This document shows positions 19,747 to 26,955 of a stretch of DNA of 38,368 nucleotides, piece by piece. The notes under the pieces are model-generated. The model did not search any database and had not been told where the DNA came from. It worked only from the letters and a program-made list of their open reading frames with translations. Position numbers and translations under genes: made by a program. How positions within the stretch are numbered: position 1 is the stretch's first letter; each line of letters begins with the position of its first letter. The DNA comes from Candidatus Sysuimicrobiota bacterium (lineage in GTDB: Bacteria; Sysuimicrobiota; Sysuimicrobiia; Sysuimicrobiales; Sysuimicrobiaceae), in NCBI GenBank assembly GCA_040289515.1, contig PSLI01000013.1:1-38368 (forward strand), in the 5' to 3' direction.

Positions 19747-20090
19747 TGGAACGCCCCCCTCCGCCACGCGTACACGTAGCCCAGCAGCAGCACCCCCAGG
19801 AAGCTCCCCACCTCCCACAGGCCCAGCCAGCCCAGCTCCCGGTGCAGCACCGCCCACGGGTACAGGAACACCGCTTCCACTTCGAACAGGATGAACAGCA
19901 TGGCCACCAGGTAGTACCGCACCGGCACCCGCTCCCGGGCGGATCCCACGGGCCAGACGCCCGACTCGTAGGGCATGAGCTTATCCGGGGTGGGCCGCCG
20001 CCCGCCCAGCCGCCCGTGCAAGACCAGGAGGGCCAGCACCAGGGCCAGGGAGGCTACGAGGTGTACCAGGATGGGCACGTACTGCGTCAC
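19734..20090 (-). CDS. nuoA: NADH-quinone oxidoreductase subunit A
   Basis: [29 protein letters not shown] 20090 with GGAGGAGG RBS. Confidence 0.94.
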   Translation of the reverse strand: MTQYVPILVHLVASLALVLALLVLHGRLGGRRPTPDKLMPYESGVWPVGSARERVPVRYYLVAMLFILFEVEAVFLYPWAVLHRELGWLGLWEVGSFLGVLLLGYVYAWRRGAFQWQT

Positions 20091-20149
20091 GTCCCTCCTC
20101 CGGGCCACAAAAAGACCGAGCTCCAACCGGACCCCTCAGGTCTGGTACC

Positions 20150-20182
20150 GCGTTCCATGATCGCAGACCCTAGGCGTTCCAT
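20150..20182 (-). promoter_or_regulatory. 9-bp direct repeat upstream of nuoA (candidate regulator site)
   Basis: GCGTTCCAT at 20150-20158 and 20174-20182 (ATGGAACGC on the minus strand). Confidence 0.35.
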
Positions 20183-21357
20183 CAACCGCGGACGCCGCTG
20201 CGGGCTTTCCGCCACAGGGGCGAGGCGCGCCGCAGCTCCGTCACCGCCTCCCGTACCAGCTCCAGCGCGGCGTCCACCTCCGCCCCAGTGGTCCACCGGC
20301 CGAGGGTGAATCGCACCGCCCCCAGCACCCGCTCCCGGGGCAGGCCCATGGCCCGCAGCACGTGGGAGGGCTCCAGGCTGCCGGCGCTGCACGCAGAGCC
20401 GCTGCTGGCCGCCAGGCCCCGCAGGTCCAGGGCCAAAAGCAGGGACTCGCTGTCCACACCCTCGAACGACACGTGGGCGTTGTTGGGCAGGCGCTCCGTG
20501 GGGTGCCCGTTGAGGAAGGCGCCCTCCACCGACAGCAGCCCGCGCACCAGCCGGTCCCGCAGGGCCGCCACGCGCGCCTGCTCTACCTCCCGCTCCGCCA
20601 GGGCCAGCTCCACCGCCCGCGCGAAGCCCACGATCCCCGGCACGTTCTCGGTGCCCGCGCGCCGGCGCCGCTCGTGCGCCCCTCCCCGCAGCAGCGGCTC
20701 CAGGCGGGTTCCCTGCCGCACGTACAGGAGCCCCACTCCCTTGGGGCCGTAGCGCTTGTGCGCGGAGGCCGACAGCAGGTCCACGCCCAGCTCTTCTACC
20801 CGGACGGGCAAAGCGCCGAAGGTCTGCGTGGCGTCCGTGTGCACCAGCACGCCCCGCTCCCGCGCCAGGCGGGCCACCTCGGCCACGGGCTGCACCGTTC
20901 CCACCTCGTTGTTGGCATGCATCACCGACACGAGCACGGTGTCGTCCCGCAGGGCCCGCCGGACGTCGTCCGGATCCACCTGCCCGTAGCGGTCCACGGA
21001 CAGGAAGGTCACCTCCCAGCCCCGCTCCGCCAGCCACCGGGCTGGCTCCAGCACCGCCCGATGCTCCACCGAGGACACCACCAGGTGCCGGCCGCGCGCT
21101 TCGTGGGCCAGCGCCGTCCCCACCAGGGCCCAGTTGTCGGCCTCCGTGGCACCGCTGGTGAACACCACCTCTGAAGGCTGGCATCCCAGTGCCTCCGCCA
21201 GAATCCTGCGCGCCCGGTCCACCGCGGCCCGCGCCTGCTGCCCGAAGGCGTGCAGGCTGCTGGCGTTGCCGAACACCTCGGTAAAATATGGAAACATGGC
21301 CTCCACCACCCGGGGGTCGGTGGGCGTGGTGGCCGCGTAGTCCAGGTAGATGCGCAC
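20182..21357 (-). CDS. iscS: Cysteine desulfurase (IscS/NifS class I)
   Basis: IYLDYAATTP, FTSGATE, MHANNEVG, SAHKRYGPKG (PLP Lys), SSGSACS (catalytic Cys). Start re-called to GTG 21357. Confidence 0.93.
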   Translation of the reverse strand: MRIYLDYAATTPTDPRVVEAMFPYFTEVFGNASSLHAFGQQARAAVDRARRILAEALGCQPSEVVFTSGATEADNWALVGTALAHEARGRHLVVSSVEHRAVLEPARWLAERGWEVTFLSVDRYGQVDPDDVRRALRDDTVLVSVMHANNEVGTVQPVAEVARLARERGVLVHTDATQTFGALPVRVEELGVDLLSASAHKRYGPKGVGLLYVRQGTRLEPLLRGGAHERRRRAGTENVPGIVGFARAVELALAEREVEQARVAALRDRLVRGLLSVEGAFLNGHPTERLPNNAHVSFEGVDSESLLLALDLRGLAASSGSACSAGSLEPSHVLRAMGLPRERVLGAVRFTLGRWTTGAEVDAALELVREAVTELRRASPLWRKARSGVRG

Positions 21358-21363
21358 GCCTCC

Positions 21364-21369
21364 ATTGTA
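21364..21369 (-). promoter_or_regulatory. Candidate -10 box (TACAAT) for iscS
   Basis: Minus strand reads TACAAT-GGAGGC-GTG. No convincing -35. Confidence 0.45.
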
Positions 21370-21377
21370 CGCCATTC

Positions 21378-21394
21378 CTGGCACGGGCTTTGCT
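21378..21394 (+). promoter_or_regulatory. Sigma54 (RpoN) -24/-12 promoter
   Basis: CTGGCACGGGCTTTGCT matches YTGGCACGrNNNTTGCW with exact GG-N10-GC spacing. It is intergenic and followed by GGAGGT RBS (21411) and GTG 21427. Confidence 0.75.
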
Positions 21395-21426
21395 GCTACA
21401 TCCGCCTGAGGGAGGTGCTCGGTCCG

Positions 21427-23271
21427 GTGCGGCAGTTCCGCGGATGGCACTTACCTCGGGGCGAGGCGGCCCGCGTGTGGTGGGTCGGCGTGTTTGCGGC
21501 CGCCTGCCTGGGAACTGCCCTCGCCGTCCTCCACCTGGGCGCCCCGTACTCTGTCGTGGTGCTGCTGGCAGGCCCCCTGTTGCTGGGGTCCGCCCGGTTC
21601 GAACGGCGGGTGTACCTGGTTATGGCACCGCCCGCGGCGGCCGCGGCCCTGGTAGCCATCCTGCAGCGGGCTCCGAACCGGCAGGAGGCCCTTGTGGCCT
21701 TCCTGGGCCTAGCCTTGACCGTGGCCGTGTGCGCGGAGGTGCTGTTCCGCCTGGGGCAGGCCTCCCGCCGCGCGCAGGAGCAGCTGCGCAGGCGGGCGGA
21801 GCTGCTGGACGCCCTGCACCAGACAACGCACGGGCTGCTGTCGGGGGTTGGAACGGAGCAGCTCCTGCACGACGTGCTGGTGCGGGCCTGCCAGCTGCTG
21901 GCCAGCTCGCACGGCAACCTGTTCCTGCTGGAAGGAGACGTCCTGCGCTGCCACGTGGGCCTAGGCTCCGCCGCCTGGACCAGGGAGGAAGGCCTCAGGC
22001 TGCGGCGGGGCGAGGGGTTGGCGGGTCGGGTGTGGGAGCAGGGCAAGCCCCTGGTGGTGGAAGACTACGCAACCTGGCCGGGGCGCCTTCCCGATCCCAG
22101 GGTGGACCGCCTGGGAGGAGTCGTGGGTGTTCCCCTGTTCGTGGGTGGCACTTTCGCGGGGGCTTTCAACGTGGCCCGAGATCGGTCCGAGCCCCCCTTC
22201 AGCCCGGACGAGGTGGAGGCCGTGGCGCGGTTCGCAAAGCTCGCGTCCCTGGTGCTATACCGCGCGCGGCTGGCGCAGGCCATCGAGGAGCAGCGGGCCT
22301 TCTACGAGGAGATCCTCGAGCACCTGCCCAGCGACCTCGCAGTCCTGGACCCGGAGTTCCGCTACCTGTACGCCAACTCTTCCGCCATCCGGAGCCCAGA
22401 GTTGCGGCGGTGGGTGGTGGGCAAGGACGACTTCCAGCTGTGCGCCCGCACGGGGCAGGGCCGCTCCGTGGCGGAGGCCCGCCGGCAGTACCTGGTGCAG
22501 GCCCTGCGAGAACACCGCACGGTGGAGTTCGAGGAAAAGCTGCGGGGGCGCGACGGCAACGACCGGTACTTTTTGCGGCGCATCCACCCCGTGGTGGGCC
22601 CGCAGGGCCGCGTAAGCAGCCTCATCGCGTACGGCGTTGACATCACCGACCGCAAGCGCGCGGAGATGCGTCTGGCCCATCTAGCCCTGCACGACGCTCT
22701 CACGGGGCTCGCGAACCGCGCCCTGTTCATGGACCGGCTGGGCCATGCCCTGGAGCGGGCCAGGCGCACGGGCCGGCAGGTGGCGGTGTTGTTCGTGGAC
22801 CTGGACTGCTTCAAGCAGGTGAACGACAACCTGGGGCATGAAGCTGGCGACCAGCTCCTGCAGCAGGTGGCCCAGCACGTGAAGTCCTGCCTGCGCAGCT
22901 CAGACACCCTAGCGCGGCTGGCGGGTGACGAGTTCACGGTGCTCCTGGAGGACCTTGCCGGCCCGGAGGAGGCGGTGGCGGTGGCCGAGCGGGTGCGGGC
23001 GGCCCTCCAGCAGCCCTTCCAGGTAGCAGGCCAGGAGGTGCACGCCAGGGCCAGCGTGGGGATCGCCCTCTCCAGCCCCGAGATCCACCGCCCCGAAGAG
23101 CTGCTGCGGCGCTCCGACGCGGCCATGTACCGGGCGAAAGCGCTTGGGCGGGACCGCTACCACGTGTTTGAGGAAGCCCAGGGGGCGGAAGAACAAGGAG
23201 CGGGTGCCGCACCGGGCGCCCGCTCCCCAGCCGCCGGAACGTCCGAGCCGAGCCGTTCCGGGAACGGCTGA
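21427..23271 (+). CDS. Membrane-anchored GAF-PAS-GGDEF diguanylate cyclase (AGDEF variant)
   Basis: N-terminal TM helices, GAF (GEGLAGRVW..GKPL.VEDY), PAS/PAC (..DITDRK), HDALTGLANR, DLDCFKQVND..GH..GD, RSSD I-site, RLAGDEF. Start chosen from the RBS. Confidence 0.9.
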   Translation: MRQFRGWHLPRGEAARVWWVGVFAAACLGTALAVLHLGAPYSVVVLLAGPLLLGSARFERRVYLVMAPPAAAAALVAILQRAPNRQEALVAFLGLALTVAVCAEVLFRLGQASRRAQEQLRRRAELLDALHQTTHGLLSGVGTEQLLHDVLVRACQLLASSHGNLFLLEGDVLRCHVGLGSAAWTREEGLRLRRGEGLAGRVWEQGKPLVVEDYATWPGRLPDPRVDRLGGVVGVPLFVGGTFAGAFNVARDRSEPPFSPDEVEAVARFAKLASLVLYRARLAQAIEEQRAFYEEILEHLPSDLAVLDPEFRYLYANSSAIRSPELRRWVVGKDDFQLCARTGQGRSVAEARRQYLVQALREHRTVEFEEKLRGRDGNDRYFLRRIHPVVGPQGRVSSLIAYGVDITDRKRAEMRLAHLALHDALTGLANRALFMDRLGHALERARRTGRQVAVLFVDLDCFKQVNDNLGHEAGDQLLQQVAQHVKSCLRSSDTLARLAGDEFTVLLEDLAGPEEAVAVAERVRAALQQPFQVAGQEVHARASVGIALSSPEIHRPEELLRRSDAAMYRAKALGRDRYHVFEEAQGAEEQGAGAAPGARSPAAGTSEPSRSGNG

Positions 23272-23278
23272 AAACTCC

Positions 23279-23689
23279 CTATTCTTCCTCGTCCAGGGCC
23301 CGCGGGCGGTGGACGGCTACCACGTACCGGGGCCCGCCCCTGCCCGGGGAGCGCCCCTGCCGCCCCCAGATGCGCCGCTCCCAGCCCACGAACCTGGGCC
23401 AGCCCTCCTGCACCGCGGCCCGGGCCTGCAAGGGGGAAAGCTTCTCGTGCTCCATCAAGTAGCGCAGCAACTGGATCTGCTCGATGTCCCGCCATGAGTA
23501 CATCCGCCGTCGTGCCTTGCCCACCCGCACCGGTGCCACCAGGCCCTGTACCTCCCACCGCCGAAGCACGTGCGGCTTCAGGCCCGTCAGCACCGAGACG
23601 ACACCGATCGGGAACAGCTCCGAGGGGCTGGGCATCTCCGGCTCCAGAGGTCCAAAGAAGGTCCGGCCCCCAGTATACCAGCGGGGCAT
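23279..23689 (-). CDS. MerR-family HTH regulator (HspR-like N-terminal domain)
   Basis: FPIGVVSVLTGL.PH.LRRWE..GLVAPVR....RRMYS..DIE. ATG 23689 (alternative TTG 23698). Confidence 0.82.
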   Translation of the reverse strand: MPRWYTGGRTFFGPLEPEMPSPSELFPIGVVSVLTGLKPHVLRRWEVQGLVAPVRVGKARRRMYSWRDIEQIQLLRYLMEHEKLSPLQARAAVQEGWPRFVGWERRIWGRQGRSPGRGGPRYVVAVHRPRALDEEE

Positions 23690-23721
23690 GGCCGTCAACA
23701 GTAGACGCGCGTTCGTTGGTG

Positions 23722-23735
23722 CGAACGCAGGTTCG
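23722..23735. promoter_or_regulatory. LexA-type SOS box (GAAC-N4-GTTC)
   Basis: CGAAC-GCAG-GTTCG, a palindrome extending to GCGAAC..GTTCGC, in the short intergenic gap upstream of the MerR gene. Confidence 0.6.
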
Positions 23736-24623
23736 CTACTTTGGGCTGGCGCCGGGGTCCTGGGGCTGGACGGTCAGGGGGACCGCCCCGCGGCGCCGCC
23801 GGTCAAAGATACAGCGGCTCCGGTAGCCCGCCGCGTGGGCCGCCTGCTCGGCACGCGCGAAGCCGAACCCCACATGGCACGACCAGTGCGCGTCCGAGCT
23901 GATCACGATGGGAACCCCCCGCCTGTGCAGGACCTCCAGGAACGGCTGCGCCGGGTACAGCTCCCCCACGGGCTTGCGCCAACCCGCGGTGTTCACCTCC
24001 GCACAAACCCCCGCCCGCGCCATGGCCTCGGCGGCCCCGTGGTACCACTCCTGGGGATCCCGGCGGGGACGGTGGCCGAACACCTTCACCACGTCCGGGT
24101 GCGCCAGTACGTCAAACAGTCCGGTGGACGCCGCCTCGCACAGCAGCTGGAAGTACTCCTCGTACACCTCGTCCACGCACCTGCGTTCCCACTCCCCCTT
24201 CTGGTCGGGGATGTCGAACCCCCACCAACCTCCGTTGCGGCCCCGCAGCCAGTGAACGCCGCCCAAGACCAGGTCCCACGGGTAGGCCCGCACCCAGCGC
24301 TCCAGGCGGGCCTCGTAACCGGGGCAGTAGTCCCACTCCAGCGCCACCTTCACCCGCAACCCCTCTTTCCGGACGGTCTCCACAAGCCGCAGGTACGCCT
24401 CCAGGTCCCAGTTACGCCGGTCCAGGCAGTCGCTGCCGTGCACCCAGTCGTTGTCGGGCGGGTAAGTATCCCGGCACTGCACGAAGTTGTGGGCGTGCTC
24501 GGTCAGCGCGATCTCGTCCACGCCCGCCGCGTGGGCGGCCTCCACCATGCGCAGCACGCTGTCCCGGTCCAAAGCGTAGTTCTCCAGATGGGTATGGTAG
24601 TCGGGCCGCGTCGGTTGGCTCAT
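23736..24623 (-). CDS. PHP-family phosphoesterase, HisJ/HisK histidinol-phosphatase-like
   Basis: DYHTH, LTEH, E.DY, GGVHW, LAHPD, EVNTAG, SSDAH metal-binding motifs. Confidence 0.87.
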   Translation of the reverse strand: MSQPTRPDYHTHLENYALDRDSVLRMVEAAHAAGVDEIALTEHAHNFVQCRDTYPPDNDWVHGSDCLDRRNWDLEAYLRLVETVRKEGLRVKVALEWDYCPGYEARLERWVRAYPWDLVLGGVHWLRGRNGGWWGFDIPDQKGEWERRCVDEVYEEYFQLLCEAASTGLFDVLAHPDVVKVFGHRPRRDPQEWYHGAAEAMARAGVCAEVNTAGWRKPVGELYPAQPFLEVLHRRGVPIVISSDAHWSCHVGFGFARAEQAAHAAGYRSRCIFDRRRRGAVPLTVQPQDPGASPK

Positions 24624-24630
24624 CGTGGCT

Positions 24631-25212
24631 TCAGCTCAGGACCTCCACCAGCCGCCGCAGGACGCGGGCCGTGGCGCCCCACACCCTGTGGCGACCGTAG
24701 TCGTAGAAGGAAAGCTCCCGCCGCTGCGACCCCTCACCCACCCACTCCATCCGGAGGTTGCGCTCGTCCCGGAAGAAATGCAGGGGGATCCCCAGCACCT
24801 CCGCGATCTCCTCCGGAGAAGGGCGGAGCGGGTAGGGGTGCGGGATGTGGCCCACGTAGGGACGGATCAAAAAGCCGGAGACCACCGTGGACACGTCGTC
24901 CAAGCCCCCCAGCACCTCCACTTCCTCCGGCCGAATCCCCAGCTCCTCGTGTGCCTCCCGAAGAGCGGCGTGCAGGGCGTCCGGGTCGTGCGGTTCCAAC
25001 ACGCCACCGGGGAAGGAGATCTGCCCCTTGTGGGTGGCCACGTGCTCGGTCCGGCGCGTCAGCAGCACGTACACCTCGCCCGCATCCACGTACAAGGGCA
25101 CCAGAACCCCCGCCAGCACCAGGCCGGAATCCGGGAGCCTCCGCGGGACGTACCCGGCCAGCCGCCTTCGCACCGGCTCCAGGGGATCGTGGACGGGCAC
25201 CGGCCTGCTCAC
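24631..25212 (-). CDS. Nudix CoA pyrophosphatase (NudL/PCD1-like)
   Basis: LLTRR....THKGQISFPGG...AALREAHEELG, PSPEEIAE, VWGATA. GTG overlaps the upstream stop. Confidence 0.88.
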   Translation of the reverse strand: MSRPVPVHDPLEPVRRRLAGYVPRRLPDSGLVLAGVLVPLYVDAGEVYVLLTRRTEHVATHKGQISFPGGVLEPHDPDALHAALREAHEELGIRPEEVEVLGGLDDVSTVVSGFLIRPYVGHIPHPYPLRPSPEEIAEVLGIPLHFFRDERNLRMEWVGEGSQRRELSFYDYGRHRVWGATARVLRRLVEVLS

Positions 25213-25517
25213 CGGCCCGGGCCCTCCGAGCCCGCCGTGGGCCACGAACCCGGCCCGCCCCGCAGCCTCCGGGCCATCTCCTCCACCACGTCCTCGTCTG
25301 AGGCCGCCCGGCGGAACGGGCCAGCCAGCGCCCGGGCCAGCCTGCGCAGAAAGTGGTTCGGCGGTACGCCCAGGCTCAAATCCATCAGGCCCGCGGCCAC
25401 CAAGCCCGCGTACAGCCCCACAAGCATCACCACTACCAGGACCCAGAACACGAACACCGCACACACCTCCGCGGCCCATGATAGCAGGAGTCGGACCCGC
25501 GGACCCGGAAAATCCAC
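25209..25517 (-). CDS. Small hypothetical membrane protein (102 aa)
   Basis: AAGGAG RBS before GTG 25517, long hydrophobic stretch (VCAVFVFWVLVVVMLVGLYAGLVAAGL), stop overlaps the Nudix start (GTGA). Confidence 0.6.
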   Translation of the reverse strand: MDFPGPRVRLLLSWAAEVCAVFVFWVLVVVMLVGLYAGLVAAGLMDLSLGVPPNHFLRRLARALAGPFRRAASDEDVVEEMARRLRGGPGSWPTAGSEGPGR

Positions 25518-25550
25518 CCGGTACTCCTTTTGATTTTGAGGAGGTCGGCC

Positions 25551-26348
25551 ATGCACCGGACCACATCCTTGCCCACCGCCACCCTGCGGATCCACCTGGT
25601 GGCCCACACCACCTTCGCTCTTCAGCAGTGGGAGGGAACCCCTTGGGCGGTCTGGCAGACGGACAGTGTTCGGGATGCGGAGGTCCTCGCGGAGTTCGCC
25701 GGACGCCTGTGCTACCAGTCCTGGTCCAACCCCAGCGGGCGAACCAACCAGCAGTACCTGGAGAACATCCTGAGCTCCGAGCACTTCAGCGTGATCGAAC
25801 ACGCGGGGTTCACCGTGGTGCTTTTGGGAGTCTCCCGCAGCCTCACCCACGAGCTGGTCCGCCACCGCCACTTCTCCTTCTCCCAGCTCAGCCAGCGCTT
25901 TTACAACGAGCTGGACGCGGCGGTGGTGGTCCCGCCCCTGTTCCGGGACGACCCCGAGGCCCTGCGGATCCTGGAGGAGGTGTACGCGGTCACCCAGCGG
26001 GCGTACGGTCAGCTGATGGAGCTGGCGCAGCGGAAGTTGAGCACCCTCCCCAACAGCCGGATGCGGCGCAAGCGGGCCCGGGAGGCGGCGCGGTGCGTGC
26101 TTCCCAACATGACGGAGACCCACATCGTGGTGACGGGGAACCACCGGTCGTGGCGGGAGTTCTTCGAGAAGCGCGGCAGCTTGGATGCGGACACGGAGAT
26201 CCGGGAGGTGGCCGTGCGCATCTTTACGGAGGTGGCGCAGCCTCTGGCACCCCACCTCTACCAGGACTTCCAGGTGACCGAGCAGGTGCTGCCCAACGGG
26301 GAGCGGGTAAAGATCCTCCAACGGCACAGGCTGAACGCGCGGGCGTAG
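25551..26348 (+). CDS. thyX: FAD-dependent thymidylate synthase
   Basis: EFAGRLCYQS, H.SVIEH, SRSLTHELVRHRHFSFSQLSQR (RHRx7S), EAAR.VLP. GAGGAGG RBS before ATG 25551. Confidence 0.95.
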   Translation: MHRTTSLPTATLRIHLVAHTTFALQQWEGTPWAVWQTDSVRDAEVLAEFAGRLCYQSWSNPSGRTNQQYLENILSSEHFSVIEHAGFTVVLLGVSRSLTHELVRHRHFSFSQLSQRFYNELDAAVVVPPLFRDDPEALRILEEVYAVTQRAYGQLMELAQRKLSTLPNSRMRRKRAREAARCVLPNMTETHIVVTGNHRSWREFFEKRGSLDADTEIREVAVRIFTEVAQPLAPHLYQDFQVTEQVLPNGERVKILQRHRLNARA

Positions 26349-26355
26349 CCGGCAT

Positions 26356-26955
26356 TCACAGGTCGACCGTCATGTACAGGACCCGCCGTGGGTCCCCGGG
26401 GGAGCGGGCCCAGCGCGCGGGATGCACATGCTGGACCCGGAATCCCAGGGAGGTGTAAAGGCGCACGGCAGGCTCGTTCCCCTCCACCACGTACAGTCCC
26501 ACCCGGCGGTGGCCCGCCCGTCGCGCCTCCGCCAGGGCCTTGGTCATCATACACCGTCCCACCCCGCGGCCTCGCCACTCTGGCAGCACCGCCACCGCCT
26601 CTACGAGCGCCGTGTGGGGCTCCGGCCGGCTGGTACCGATCAGCTGCAGCCGCACCAGGGCCCGCAGGGCCTGCCAGAAGCCCAGGTGCCGCCGCAGGAC
26701 CGGCCACAGAGGCGCGTGTGTGCGTTCCTCCAGCACCAGGGTAAACGTGCCCACCACCTGGCCCTGGCTGTCCGCTACGTACACCGTGCCCAAACTGGGC
26801 AGCTCTGCCAGCACCGCTGCGTTCCGTTGGAGGTCTGGGCCCAGCACCGCAGCGAACTTGTCGGCGAAGGCCACGGCGAGGAGGTAACCAACCATGGTCC
26901 GGTCCGCCTCCCCCGCGCGCCTTACCCGCACCGGTTCCCTGTGGGGACTTACCAC
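26356..26955 (-). CDS. GNAT-family N-acyltransferase
   Basis: VAVLPEWRGRGVG acyl-CoA motif, L.V..GNEPAVRLY..LGF. Start uncertain (GTG 26955 or 26931). Confidence 0.82.
   Translation of the reverse strand: MVSPHREPVRVRRAGEADRTMVGYLLAVAFADKFAAVLGPDLQRNAAVLAELPSLGTVYVADSQGQVVGTFTLVLEERTHAPLWPVLRRHLGFWQALRALVRLQLIGTSRPEPHTALVEAVAVLPEWRGRGVGRCMMTKALAEARRAGHRRVGLYVVEGNEPAVRLYTSLGFRVQHVHPARWARSPGDPRRVLYMTVDL

Noticed and set aside
20100..20115. Possible Rex operator upstream of nuoA (TTGTG on the minus strand)
   Set aside because: Only a partial half-site. No TTGTGAA-N4-TTCACAA palindrome.
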